A DNA stretch of 64,000 nt, taken from assembly GCA_965202785.1 (NCBI GenBank), contig OZ241855.1, positions 1,579,465 through 1,643,464 on the forward strand, given 5' to 3'. How positions within the stretch are numbered: the stretch's first letter is position 1; the number at the start of each line of letters is the position of its first letter. The stretch is from Thermodesulfobacteriota bacterium (lineage in GTDB: Bacteria; Desulfobacterota_D; UBA1144; Nemesobacterales; Nemesobacteraceae). This document shows positions 18,209-27,207 of the stretch, one piece after another. The position numbers were made by a program, and so were the translations under genes. The notes beneath the pieces were generated by a model. That model was not told the origin of the DNA and made no database searches. It saw nothing but the letters and a program-made list of their open reading frames with translations.

Positions 18209-20080
18209 TTGCTTGTTATGGTGTCCCTTGCCCTGGTGCTGGGAGTAATCGGTCAGATGCTCTCCATCAGGACAGGGTTTCCAAGTATCGTATTTTTTCT
18301 CATTTTCGGGGTTCTCGTAGGACCGGAATTCTTATCTCTGGTCCATCCCTCGGAGTTCGGAGAAGGGCTTGAAGTAATAATAAAGCTCTGCGTGGCGATA
18401 GTTCTTTTCGAAGCGGGACTTAACCTGAATAAAGAAGATGCGCTCAGTCACGGAAACATAATACTGCTGCTGATAACCGTGGGCGGGGTGATTACGATGA
18501 TAGGCGGAGCGGTCTTCGCGCGCTTTGTGGCCAATCTTTCCTGGGAAATGGCCTTTGTTTACGGTTCTCTGGTCATAGTAACCGGTCCCACGGTCGTTCA
18601 GCCCCTGCTGAGGAGATTCAAGGTCAAGCCCAACCTGAAGCACATACTTGAGTACGAAGGAGTGCTGATTGATCCCATTGGAGCCCTGATAGCTATTTTT
18701 GTAGTTGAGGTAGTCCTCATCGAAAGTGCCCTTACCGCATCCGGACTGGTTCTCGGATTTGGAGGCCACATGATGGAGATAGGTCAGGTAGTGCTTCTTG
18801 TCGCCTACAAATTTATAGTAGGAGGGGTTTTGGGTTTTCTCGGAGGTTATGCTGCGACTTTCGCAGTCAAGAGATTCTATATCTACATGGAAGATTTTGT
18901 AGATCTTTTCATGCTTGCCTCCGCGCTTGCCGTCTACGGGTTTGCCGAGATGTTGGCTCCGGAGGCCGGACTTGTAGCGGCCATTGTTTCCGGAGCTATA
19001 ATCGGAAACCTGAATATTCCAGAGGAAGAGGAAATGAAGAAATTCAAGGGCAAGCTTACGATTCTCGTCATTTCCCTGCTTTTCATTTTTCTTGCGGCAA
19101 GCCTTGAACTTGACTACATAAAGGACCTAGGCATCTATGGCCTTCTGGTCGTGTTCGGTCTGCTTTTTGTTGTACGTCCGGTGGAAATATTTCTTCTCTG
19201 CGTGCGTTCCAGCCTTTCAGTCAGGGAGAAGCTGTTTCTCTCGTTCGTTTCCCCAAGAGGAATAATTGCCGCGTCAATAGCCTCGATTATCGCTCTGGAA
19301 CTGCACCAACATGAAATTGAAGGGGGCAATACCGTCCAGGGGCTGGTTTTTCTCACAATAGCAATCTCGGTTCTGCTCCAGGGGGGTGCGGGAGGCTTTG
19401 TATCGAGAGTGCTCGAGGTTAACGATAAAAGAAACAAGGTGGTGCTGGTGGGAGCTAATAATTTCTCAAGACTTCTGGCAAAACTTCTTGAGAGAGCCGG
19501 CAAGGAAGTCTGCCTGATAGACACAAACAGAAGGCTTGTCGAGATCTCCAAGTCAGAGGGACTAAATGCGGTTGAAGGAAACAGCCTGACCGTGGACGGA
19601 CTTGAGAAAACGGAGATTTCTTCCCCGGATACTCTCATATCTCTTACAACGAGCGATCATGTGAACGTCCTTGCATGCCGTCTGGTTAGAATAGACTTCA
19701 AGGTCAACAGCGTGTGCGCACTTATAAACAGGATGGCAAGTCCTTCTGATATTGAGGACATGCAGAGATTCAGGGTTCCCCTTGCTTTCGGAAAAAAAAT
19801 TGACGTAATGGACTTATATTCCAGAATTACCGAGCAGAAATATGTCGTTTTCAGGTCCCGGCTCACCAAAGAGACAATCGATAAAATGGATTTCGATAAA
19901 TCGCTTACCGAACGTCTGATTCCACTTATCGTGGAGAGGGAAAGAACTGACGAAGTTTTTGTTTGTCATGAAGGCTTTAACCTCGAAGCGGGCGATATCA
20001 TATCCATTCTGGATATGGATCCGCTTTTCTCGAGCCCCGATGTTGTCAGGGAAATGGAAAAAGAGCTAATTGAAGTGTGA
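18209..20080 (+). CDS. cation:proton antiporter (CPA1/NhaP-like) with C-terminal TrkA-N/RCK domain
   Basis: Many TM segments; VTGPTVV, EGVLIDP, PRGIIAAS; soluble Rossmann-like tail. Confidence 0.88.
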   Translation: MLVMVSLALVLGVIGQMLSIRTGFPSIVFFLIFGVLVGPEFLSLVHPSEFGEGLEVIIKLCVAIVLFEAGLNLNKEDALSHGNIILLLITVGGVITMIGGAVFARFVANLSWEMAFVYGSLVIVTGPTVVQPLLRRFKVKPNLKHILEYEGVLIDPIGALIAIFVVEVVLIESALTASGLVLGFGGHMMEIGQVVLLVAYKFIVGGVLGFLGGYAATFAVKRFYIYMEDFVDLFMLASALAVYGFAEMLAPEAGLVAAIVSGAIIGNLNIPEEEEMKKFKGKLTILVISLLFIFLAASLELDYIKDLGIYGLLVVFGLLFVVRPVEIFLLCVRSSLSVREKLFLSFVSPRGIIAASIASIIALELHQHEIEGGNTVQGLVFLTIAISVLLQGGAGGFVSRVLEVNDKRNKVVLVGANNFSRLLAKLLERAGKEVCLIDTNRRLVEISKSEGLNAVEGNSLTVDGLEKTEISSPDTLISLTTSDHVNVLACRLVRIDFKVNSVCALINRMASPSDIEDMQRFRVPLAFGKKIDVMDLYSRITEQKYVVFRSRLTKETIDKMDFDKSLTERLIPLIVERERTDEVFVCHEGFNLEAGDIISILDMDPLFSSPDVVREMEKELIEV

Positions 20081-20094
20081 GAGGTGAGGAGAAG

Positions 20095-20331
20095 ATGAGT
20101 TCCGAGATGAAGTCCTTTGAAAACCTGCTTGATGAAATAAAGAAAATCGTCGAGACGCTTGAGGCGGGGAAACTGCCTCTTGATGAATCCATTGAAAAAT
20201 TCGAACGCGGCGCAAGCCTTATAAAGGAATGTTATTTAAATCTTGAGAGCGTAAAAAAGAAAATAAGCCTCATAGTGGAAAAAAACGACGGTACTTTTGA
20301 TCTTGAAGATTTCGGCGACGAAGAGCAGTAA
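20095..20331 (+). CDS. xseB: exodeoxyribonuclease VII small subunit
   Basis: SFE..L..IV..LE.G.LPLDESIEKFERG. Confidence 0.93.
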   Translation: MSSEMKSFENLLDEIKKIVETLEAGKLPLDESIEKFERGASLIKECYLNLESVKKKISLIVEKNDGTFDLEDFGDEEQ

Positions 20332-21225
20332 ATGAGTTTTGACACAAGAGATTATCTCTACAGAAGAAAAGAGATCATTGACCGTAGTCTGCGCGAATAT
20401 CTGCCTCTGGATAAGGCTGAAACAAAACTCCATCAATCAATTGCCTACAGCATCAATCCGGGCGGAAAAAGACTAAGACCGATCCTTTGTCTCGCCGCCG
20501 CGGAGCTTATATGCGGAAGCCATAAAAACGTTCTGCCTGCGGCGTGCGCGATTGAGATGATCCACACCTATTCCATCATTCATGATGATCTCCCCTCAAT
20601 GGATGATGACGATACCAGAAGAGGAAACCCGTCAAACCACAAAGTTTTCGGAGAAGCCGTGGCCACGCTGGCGGGAGACGCTCTTTTAACCGACGCCTTC
20701 AGCCTGATAACGGAAAGATTCCTCGAGCAGGGTGGGTCGTCGGAACTTATACTGCGGGTTATTTCCATTATTTCCGAGGCCGCGGGATCGAAGGGAATGG
20801 TTCTCGGGCAGGCATTTGACCTTGAAATGGATGGAGACGAACATCCATCCGTTAGCGAAACTTTGAATACCTACATGATGAAAACGGCAAAAATGATCAC
20901 GGCATCCGTTCTTAGTGGAGCAATTCTCGCCGGAGCGAAGGAGAAAGAACTTCAGAAGCTTGAATCCTATTCGGAGAAAATAGGTATCGCCTTTCAGATA
21001 AAAGACGACATCCTGGATGTTACGGGAAACCACGACACGACACGGAGTCCAGAAGTCAAAACCGAACCCAAGAAACACACCTACGTATCGATTATGGGGG
21101 TCCAGGCATCAAACGCGAAGGTCTCCGAGCTCACAAACCAAGCCATAGGAGAGCTTGAGAGTTTTCAGAGAACTCCAAATCCTCTAAGAGAAATAGCTAT
21201 CTGGTTAAGTGAAAGAGAAGAGTAA
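20332..21225 (+). CDS. ispA: polyprenyl (farnesyl/geranylgeranyl) diphosphate synthase
   Basis: GGKRLRP, HDDLPSMDDDDTRRG, FQIKDD. Confidence 0.92.
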   Translation: MSFDTRDYLYRRKEIIDRSLREYLPLDKAETKLHQSIAYSINPGGKRLRPILCLAAAELICGSHKNVLPAACAIEMIHTYSIIHDDLPSMDDDDTRRGNPSNHKVFGEAVATLAGDALLTDAFSLITERFLEQGGSSELILRVISIISEAAGSKGMVLGQAFDLEMDGDEHPSVSETLNTYMMKTAKMITASVLSGAILAGAKEKELQKLESYSEKIGIAFQIKDDILDVTGNHDTTRSPEVKTEPKKHTYVSIMGVQASNAKVSELTNQAIGELESFQRTPNPLREIAIWLSEREE

Positions 21226-21976
21226 AACGAGGCTTGACAGCCTTCTTGTCGAAAAAAATCTGGCCCAAAGCGGAAATCAGGCGCGAGCGCTTATAATGTC
21301 GGGTCGGGTTACGGTGGACGGGAAAAAGGTAGAAAAACCCGGAACGGCGGTAAAAAAAGATTCCGAAGTTGTTGTGGAGCATGACCCCAGAAAATTCGTA
21401 AGCAGGGGAGGGCTTAAGCTTGAGAAGGCAATAACGGAGTTCGATATAGATATAGGGGGAAAAGTCGCTCTTGACATAGGGGCTTCTACCGGGGGCTTTA
21501 CAGACTGTCTTCTGCACTTCGGAGCATCCAGAGTCTATGCGTTTGACGTGGGCCACGGGCAGATCGACTGGAAGCTTAGAAATGACAAACGGGTCATAGT
21601 AAGAGAGAAGATAAACTGCAGGTACCTGCGGGCAGAAGATGTCGGAGAAAAAGTCGACGTAGTCACAGTCGACGTTTCTTTTATTTCGCTCACGATGATA
21701 ATAGAACCCGCCGTTTCCGTGCTTGCCGATAACGCAACGCTGATTGCCCTGATAAAACCCCAGTTCGAGGTGGGCAGAAAAGACGTTGGAACGAAAGGGA
21801 TAGTGAGAAACGAAGATAAAATCAAAGAAGTTAACGATAAAATAATATCTTATCTTAATGAGTTAGGATTTAAAGTTAAAGGTTTGGTTGAATCTCCTAT
21901 AAAAGGATCCGGAGGCAACAGAGAGTTCCTGGTCTGCGCCTCATGGTCTGCGCCTACTTCTTCCCCCAGTCCTTAA
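21209..21976 (+). CDS. tlyA: TlyA family rRNA methyltransferase
   Basis: S4 domain, [24 protein letters not shown]. Confidence 0.94.
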   Translation: MKEKSKTRLDSLLVEKNLAQSGNQARALIMSGRVTVDGKKVEKPGTAVKKDSEVVVEHDPRKFVSRGGLKLEKAITEFDIDIGGKVALDIGASTGGFTDCLLHFGASRVYAFDVGHGQIDWKLRNDKRVIVREKINCRYLRAEDVGEKVDVVTVDVSFISLTMIIEPAVSVLADNATLIALIKPQFEVGRKDVGTKGIVRNEDKIKEVNDKIISYLNELGFKVKGLVESPIKGSGGNREFLVCASWSAPTSSPSP

Positions 21977-22598
21977 GAAACCTCTCAAGCCCTATGTCGG
22001 TGAGAGGGTGCTTGAACAGCTGGGTAAACACCCTGTAGGGGAAAGTGGCAACATCGGCTCCCATCTTGGCCGCTTCCACTATGTGCATAGGGTGTCTTAC
22101 GCTTGCGACCAGTATCTCAGTCTCGTAGGCGTAGTGCGCGTAGACCTCGCAGATATCAAGTACAAGGTCCATTCCGCTAGACGACACGTCGTCGAGCCTT
22201 CCAACAAAAGGGCTTACGTAGGCAGCTCCAGCTTTTGCGGCCAAAAGCGCCTGAGAAGGAGAAAAAACAAGGGTAACGTTAACGTTTATCCCCTCGTCCG
22301 AGAGGGTTTTCGTAGCCTTTACACCATCCTCGGTCATAGGAAGCTTGACAACTATATTTTCATCTATACCCGCAAGTTTCCTGCCTTCCGAAATCATCTC
22401 GGAATACTCGGTGCTCAGCACTTCCGCGCTTACCGGACCCTTTACTATATCGCATATTTCCTTGACTAGGTCCTCGAAGCTTTCCTGGCTTCCCTCCTTG
22501 GAGACAAGTGAAGGGTTTGTTGTTACGCCGTCCACTATTCCGAAAGCCGCGGCGCTCTTGATTTCTTCTAAGTTTGCTGAATCTATGAAAAATTTCAC
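21954..22598 (-). CDS. tal: transaldolase (short TalC/Fsa family)
   Basis: [21 protein letters not shown]. Confidence 0.92.
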   Translation of the reverse strand: MKFFIDSANLEEIKSAAAFGIVDGVTTNPSLVSKEGSQESFEDLVKEICDIVKGPVSAEVLSTEYSEMISEGRKLAGIDENIVVKLPMTEDGVKATKTLSDEGINVNVTLVFSPSQALLAAKAGAAYVSPFVGRLDDVSSSGMDLVLDICEVYAHYAYETEILVASVRHPMHIVEAAKMGADVATFPYRVFTQLFKHPLTDIGLERFLKDWGKK

Positions 22599-22874
22599 TT
22601 TCCTCTCCTCTTGCGGAAGTTCCGCTTTTCTTCGGTTTATGTTACTGAAACACAGTACATCCTCGGGAAGAAAATAACAGAAATAGACATTTTTTAAATG
22701 TTTCCGTTAATAGCACGCCGTTTGTCTGGAAGTATAGTACGCCTTTTTGTCCGGTTTTGCAGTAAAGGAGTTGTCCGGATTTATCTTCTCCATGCAAAGA
22801 GTAGATGCCCACGGACCGTAAAAGATTTCCGCACAAAGTCAAGTTAATTGACTCCCTACAGAAAAGCGGACAGG

Positions 22875-22903
22875 TTGAATTCATTAGTACTAATTGTTAC
22901 AAT
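22875..22903 (+). promoter_or_regulatory. sigma70 promoter with a palindromic operator in the spacer
   Basis: TTGAAT-17bp-TACAAT with TG extension; perfect palindrome ATTAGTACTAAT at 22883-22894. Confidence 0.65.
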
Positions 22904-22938
22904 TTATTTCTTAATTTTTTACAAGGAGGAGTAACTTG

Positions 22939-23235
22939 ATGAAATACATTACCGTTTTAATCCTGATCGCGGCCGCGATGCTGTTTGTTCAGATTCCGGC
23001 CTTTGCCTCCGGTTCCGCCGCCGCAGGTGATGGAGCGAGTCCCAGAAGCGATTACGCCAAGGGAAAAGCCATAACCTTCAACAAGCTTGTCTGCGATACC
23101 TGTTCCATGAAAAAAGCTGATTTGAACGGGGAAAGCGCCATGGTTCTCAAAAACAGCCTCGGCGAAATGGAAGAGCTCAGCAGCGAAGAGAAAGAACTTG
23201 TAAGCGAATTTCTCACTCGCCGTTACAAACTCTGA
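22939..23235 (+). CDS. small secreted protein, cytochrome-c-like pattern with CxxCS
   Basis: AAGGAGG SD; signal peptide (AFA|S); KGKAIT..CDTCS; C-terminal LSSEEKELVSEFL helix. Confidence 0.7.
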   Translation: MKYITVLILIAAAMLFVQIPAFASGSAAAGDGASPRSDYAKGKAITFNKLVCDTCSMKKADLNGESAMVLKNSLGEMEELSSEEKELVSEFLTRRYKL

Positions 23236-23273
23236 TTCCGTATAGCACAAAAACAAAAGGAGAGGTGTTCAGT

Positions 23274-24134
23274 ATGAAAAAATTAAGTTTGATCGCAATT
23301 TCAGCAGTTATGGCAGTTTTCAGTTACCTGCCGCTTGCAAACGCGGGCAACTCCGCGTGGCTTCCCGCGCCCGGGGGAGGTTCGGTGTCGCTTTCTCTCA
23401 TTTACCAGAACGCTGATAAGTACTACGCAGCTGATAATGATGCAGCACCTGGAGCCCTTGCAGACGGTGATCTCACCCAGAAAACCGCCATGGTCAATAT
23501 CAAGTACGGGCTGATGGATTACCTGGCTCTCGATCTGACGGTGGGAGGGTCGGAGGCTTCAAAACCCGGAGGGGGACCCAAGGAGTCTGACGATGAAAAG
23601 GGCCTTACGGACGTAACGGCGGGCGTGACGGTTCGAGTTGTTGACGAAGCCGTGACACCACAGCTGCCCAGCATCGCGTTTCGCGTGGGGGGAATCAAGT
23701 CCGGAAGCTATGATACGGGCTACATAAACTCAATCGGCGACGGGGGAGACGGGTTTGAGGTGTCCGGAATTGTCGGCAAGTTTCTCTCCGACAATTTCGC
23801 CGTATCCGGCGAGGTCGGTTACCGCGTGCGCAATGAAGACATTCCGGATGCCGTTTTCGCTAACGTTACCGGAAGCCTGTTTCTCGCGGACATGTTCGGG
23901 TTAAGCGTTAACTACACGATGGAGAACTCGACGAGCGGAATTGATCTCGGTTCGGAGGGATTTACTCCGGCACGTTTTCCCGAGATAGAAGAAGATGTTC
24001 ACACTATCGGATCGACGCTCACATTCATTGTAGGGGGCGGGGCGAGCATAAGCGGCTCATACGCCAGGGTTATTGACGGGCGGAATACCGCGGAGTCCAA
24101 CATCTTCGCCGTTTCTCTGGGTTACTCTTTCTGA
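23274..24134 (+). CDS. outer-membrane beta-barrel protein
   Basis: Signal peptide (ANA|G), alternating amphipathic strands, C-terminal AVSLGYSF. Confidence 0.8.
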   Translation: MKKLSLIAISAVMAVFSYLPLANAGNSAWLPAPGGGSVSLSLIYQNADKYYAADNDAAPGALADGDLTQKTAMVNIKYGLMDYLALDLTVGGSEASKPGGGPKESDDEKGLTDVTAGVTVRVVDEAVTPQLPSIAFRVGGIKSGSYDTGYINSIGDGGDGFEVSGIVGKFLSDNFAVSGEVGYRVRNEDIPDAVFANVTGSLFLADMFGLSVNYTMENSTSGIDLGSEGFTPARFPEIEEDVHTIGSTLTFIVGGGASISGSYARVIDGRNTAESNIFAVSLGYSF

Positions 24135-24197
24135 CATGCACGAAACAAGAGAGCGCGGGGGAAAAGACCTGTTTTCTCTTAAGCTGTTTTAATCTGC

Positions 24198-24253
24198 CCC
24201 GGAATTCCGGATGGGACTCAGATCGGGTTCTGTCTGGAATGCCGGGTTTTTTT
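24198..24253 (+). terminator. long hairpin terminator
   Basis: About 22-bp stem with G:U pairs (CCCGGAATTCC...GGAATGCCGGG) followed by T7. Confidence 0.65.
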
Positions 24254-24335
24254 CGCCCGGGCAGACAAAGAGCGCGGCCGGCGCATTCCAATCACGGATA
24301 ATGTTCCGGGCAATTCCCCCCTGCCGAGCTGAAGG

Positions 24336-25202
24336 TCAGGGACAGTTAAGACTCCAGTCGTAGTCGTAATCTACAATTCCCTTGAAATCCTGAAGCCGAC
24401 CTGCAAGCTTTTCATCTGCGTAACCGTGAAGATGGTTTATGATGTCCCGTTCGGTTTTACCGAAATCCTCTGAATACCACTGGTAGATGCTTGAGATGAC
24501 AATTAAATCGTCTTCCATGAAGCTTGCCCCGCGAGGGTGATTAACATACTCTCGCGCCGCGGCTCTGAGAAGTCTTTTCGTGTTTTTTGCGGTAAAGGCC
24601 GTTTTAAGAAGACTGGGACAGCCGTAGCTCGCGCAGCTGAGGCCGTAGTGAATGAGGTTATCCTTCCAGACAGGGCGGAGGATGTCGTTTTCGATATTGT
24701 CAAGAGTCAAGTCCCGGCCGGCTACTTTCGCGTGTGCTTCCTTCCACGGACCCGAGCACTGTGAACCCGAAGCCCGGTCTCCGCACACGTCGCGTATTGA
24801 TTTGACCGGGTAGGCGTCCACAATGAGTTTCACGGTAAGGGAGTTGTAGAGATTTATCCAGTAGGCTTTCTGCTCGGCTTTTGAATAATTTCTCGGGTCA
24901 AGCCGCTGCAGGTAATCAAGATAGCTTTCGAGCTTGACCCTGTCCCGGGAATTCGCTTTCAGCGCCGCATAGTCAAATTTGTTTATGCCGGAAACGTGAA
25001 CTTGCAGATACCCGTTCAGCACCTGTTGCCAGACAGTGTGATCAATTTCCTCCACGTTCGCCTCGTCTGCCGCATCCCAGAACGAAGTCGGAGTGGTTTT
25101 GCCCGATGCGGGGAACGCGCTCAAAACCAAAACCGCCAAGACAATAGAGATCAGGAACACAAGGGCAGCCGTTGTGTTCCTTGTAACGCCATGGGTTATC
25201 AT
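24336..25202 (-). CDS. DUF547 domain secreted protein
   Basis: AYWINLYN, TLDNIE, IHYGLSCASYGCP, YDYDWSLN. Confidence 0.88.
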   Translation of the reverse strand: MITHGVTRNTTAALVFLISIVLAVLVLSAFPASGKTTPTSFWDAADEANVEEIDHTVWQQVLNGYLQVHVSGINKFDYAALKANSRDRVKLESYLDYLQRLDPRNYSKAEQKAYWINLYNSLTVKLIVDAYPVKSIRDVCGDRASGSQCSGPWKEAHAKVAGRDLTLDNIENDILRPVWKDNLIHYGLSCASYGCPSLLKTAFTAKNTKRLLRAAAREYVNHPRGASFMEDDLIVISSIYQWYSEDFGKTERDIINHLHGYADEKLAGRLQDFKGIVDYDYDWSLNCP

Positions 25203-25344
25203 ATGCGGTCTTACTTTCCTTTACAGGGTTAAATGACTGATTACGCAAACAGTGAAAAAAAGGAATTTACGTGTTAGCTTAGGATACAATGATAGCATTG
25301 CCCTTAAAAATTAAAAACGGTTTTCCCGCTTTTTCAGAACTTCA

Positions 25345-26685
25345 GTGTCCATTCTGAACGGAGGCGCAGAATCTTCAGCCAGGTCTCGCCGCCTGACCGA
25401 CATAGTCGGATTCTGGTGCGCCGCTGTCTATTTCGCTCTGGCCTTTTTTGCCCGGCAGCCGGGAGAACCCGCTCTGTCCCTGTTTTTTCTTCTGATGGCG
25501 TGCGCGGGACTGCCCGTATTCTTTCTCTATTTTTATATTTCCCGTCGCAAAGAGCGATTCCCGTTCGGTCGCGTGCTTCTGTGGGCAGTTGTATTCAGGG
25601 TCTGCGGTCTGTTCGGCGGACCTTTGCTCGAGGATGACTTCTACAGATATCTCTGGGACGGCTACCGCTTCGCGACGACCGGCACGCCTTACGGCTTCGC
25701 CCCCGAGGCTTTCTTTGTTGATTCCACGGTTCCGGAACTGTTTCGGGGAATCCTGGATCAGATAAACAATCCGGATCTGCCGACCATCTACGCCCCCGTC
25801 ACCCAGCTTGTCTTCCTGCTCGGCTACGTCCTTTGCCCAGGCAGCGTAACCGCGTTGCAGGCGATTCTCATAGCATTTGATCTTGCGACCATAGTCCTGC
25901 TTTTTCGTCTTACATCTGCCGGCAACGTTATGCTGTACGCATGGTGTCCGCTTGTAGTGAAGGAAATTGCTTTTACCGCACACCCCGACGGAGTCGGCAT
26001 CTGCTTTCTGTTGGCGGCAATCGTGCTTGCCAGGAACCGTCGATGGCAAAGCACCGCCATCTGCCTGGGAATGGCCGCCGGGGCCAAGGTGTTTGCACTG
26101 GTTCTGGTTCCGCTGGTGCTGCTTCGCGCCCGAATCAGACACTGGGTCCTGTGCGGGGCTACGGTCTTGGCATTGTACGCACCGTTTGTGCTGAGTGGCG
26201 GTACGGAGATGCAGTCGCTTCGGGTCTTCGCGCAGGAATGGGAATTCAATTCGGCACTGTTCGGCCTTCTTGCAAACTTCCTGGGAGCTTTCGAAACCAA
26301 GCTGGTGTTAGGCCTGATGTTCGCCGCCTTCTGGATATCTTACAGCGCGCGCTACCGTAAAGACGGCGCGGACTCCATACCGCGGGGCGACTGGCTTTAC
26401 GGAGCGCTGCTCGTGGTGTCGCCGGTCATTAATCCGTGGTACCTGCTTTGGCTGCTGCCGTTTGCCGCCATATTTCCCAGCGCCTGGGCATGGACGGCCT
26501 CGCTCGCAGTCCTGGTCAGCTACGTAACCGGGCTTAACCTGAATGAATACACCATGCAACCGTATCAGCAGCCGACATGGGCGCGATTGCTGGAATTCGC
26601 CCTGATTCTGCTGGCGCTGGGCTACGACGTGTTACGGCACAGGAGGCTAAACCAAAGACATAAACACGGGACAGGCAAATTTTAG
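25345..26685 (+). CDS. polytopic GT-C glycosyltransferase (GT87/DUF2029-like)
   Basis: EDDFYRYLWDG, PTIYAP, YAWCPL, HPDG, NPWYLLW; many TM segments. Confidence 0.8.
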   Translation: MSILNGGAESSARSRRLTDIVGFWCAAVYFALAFFARQPGEPALSLFFLLMACAGLPVFFLYFYISRRKERFPFGRVLLWAVVFRVCGLFGGPLLEDDFYRYLWDGYRFATTGTPYGFAPEAFFVDSTVPELFRGILDQINNPDLPTIYAPVTQLVFLLGYVLCPGSVTALQAILIAFDLATIVLLFRLTSAGNVMLYAWCPLVVKEIAFTAHPDGVGICFLLAAIVLARNRRWQSTAICLGMAAGAKVFALVLVPLVLLRARIRHWVLCGATVLALYAPFVLSGGTEMQSLRVFAQEWEFNSALFGLLANFLGAFETKLVLGLMFAAFWISYSARYRKDGADSIPRGDWLYGALLVVSPVINPWYLLWLLPFAAIFPSAWAWTASLAVLVSYVTGLNLNEYTMQPYQQPTWARLLEFALILLALGYDVLRHRRLNQRHKHGTGKF

Positions 26686-26798
26686 GTTTGTTTAAGCGCT
26701 TGGCCCGTAAACTTGAACCCGTCACCGGCCGGCCCTGAATCTTACCCCAAGAAATTATTTGAAAAATATTGTAAAATTCTTTTTCGGCGGAGGTAAGA

Positions 26799-27134
26799 AT
26801 GGAGCTCTACATATCAATGAAGGCTGAGAACATAAATCCAACCATGTTCAAGCATGTGACAATGGATATGCCTTCACCCCAGAATAACGGCTATTTCATC
26901 GCGGAATACAGGGAGGCCCAGGAAGAAAGAATACTCATCCTTCACCAGTACTCTTCAATACTTGAAAAAAAGCTCCAGAAAGTCGGGTATTTTCTTGTGG
27001 AAAAATTCAACAACGGAATAATCGTCAAGAAAAAAGTTGATGAATCAAGAAATTACATGGACGAATGGGAAGAATGGGTGGAGTTTTCAAATGCCCTGCT
27101 TGAAGAATTTGAATCTTTTTTCGATGATGTCTGA
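26799..27134 (+). CDS. hypothetical protein
   Basis: GGAGG SD with ATG; no recognisable motif. Confidence 0.65.
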   Translation: MELYISMKAENINPTMFKHVTMDMPSPQNNGYFIAEYREAQEERILILHQYSSILEKKLQKVGYFLVEKFNNGIIVKKKVDESRNYMDEWEEWVEFSNALLEEFESFFDDV

Positions 27135-27207
27135 TAATCCGTTATAGGCGAACTTGCCGGAGACATGGGATTCCCCAGCCTCGCCGCAAATACTTCCACC
27201 AAATAAA

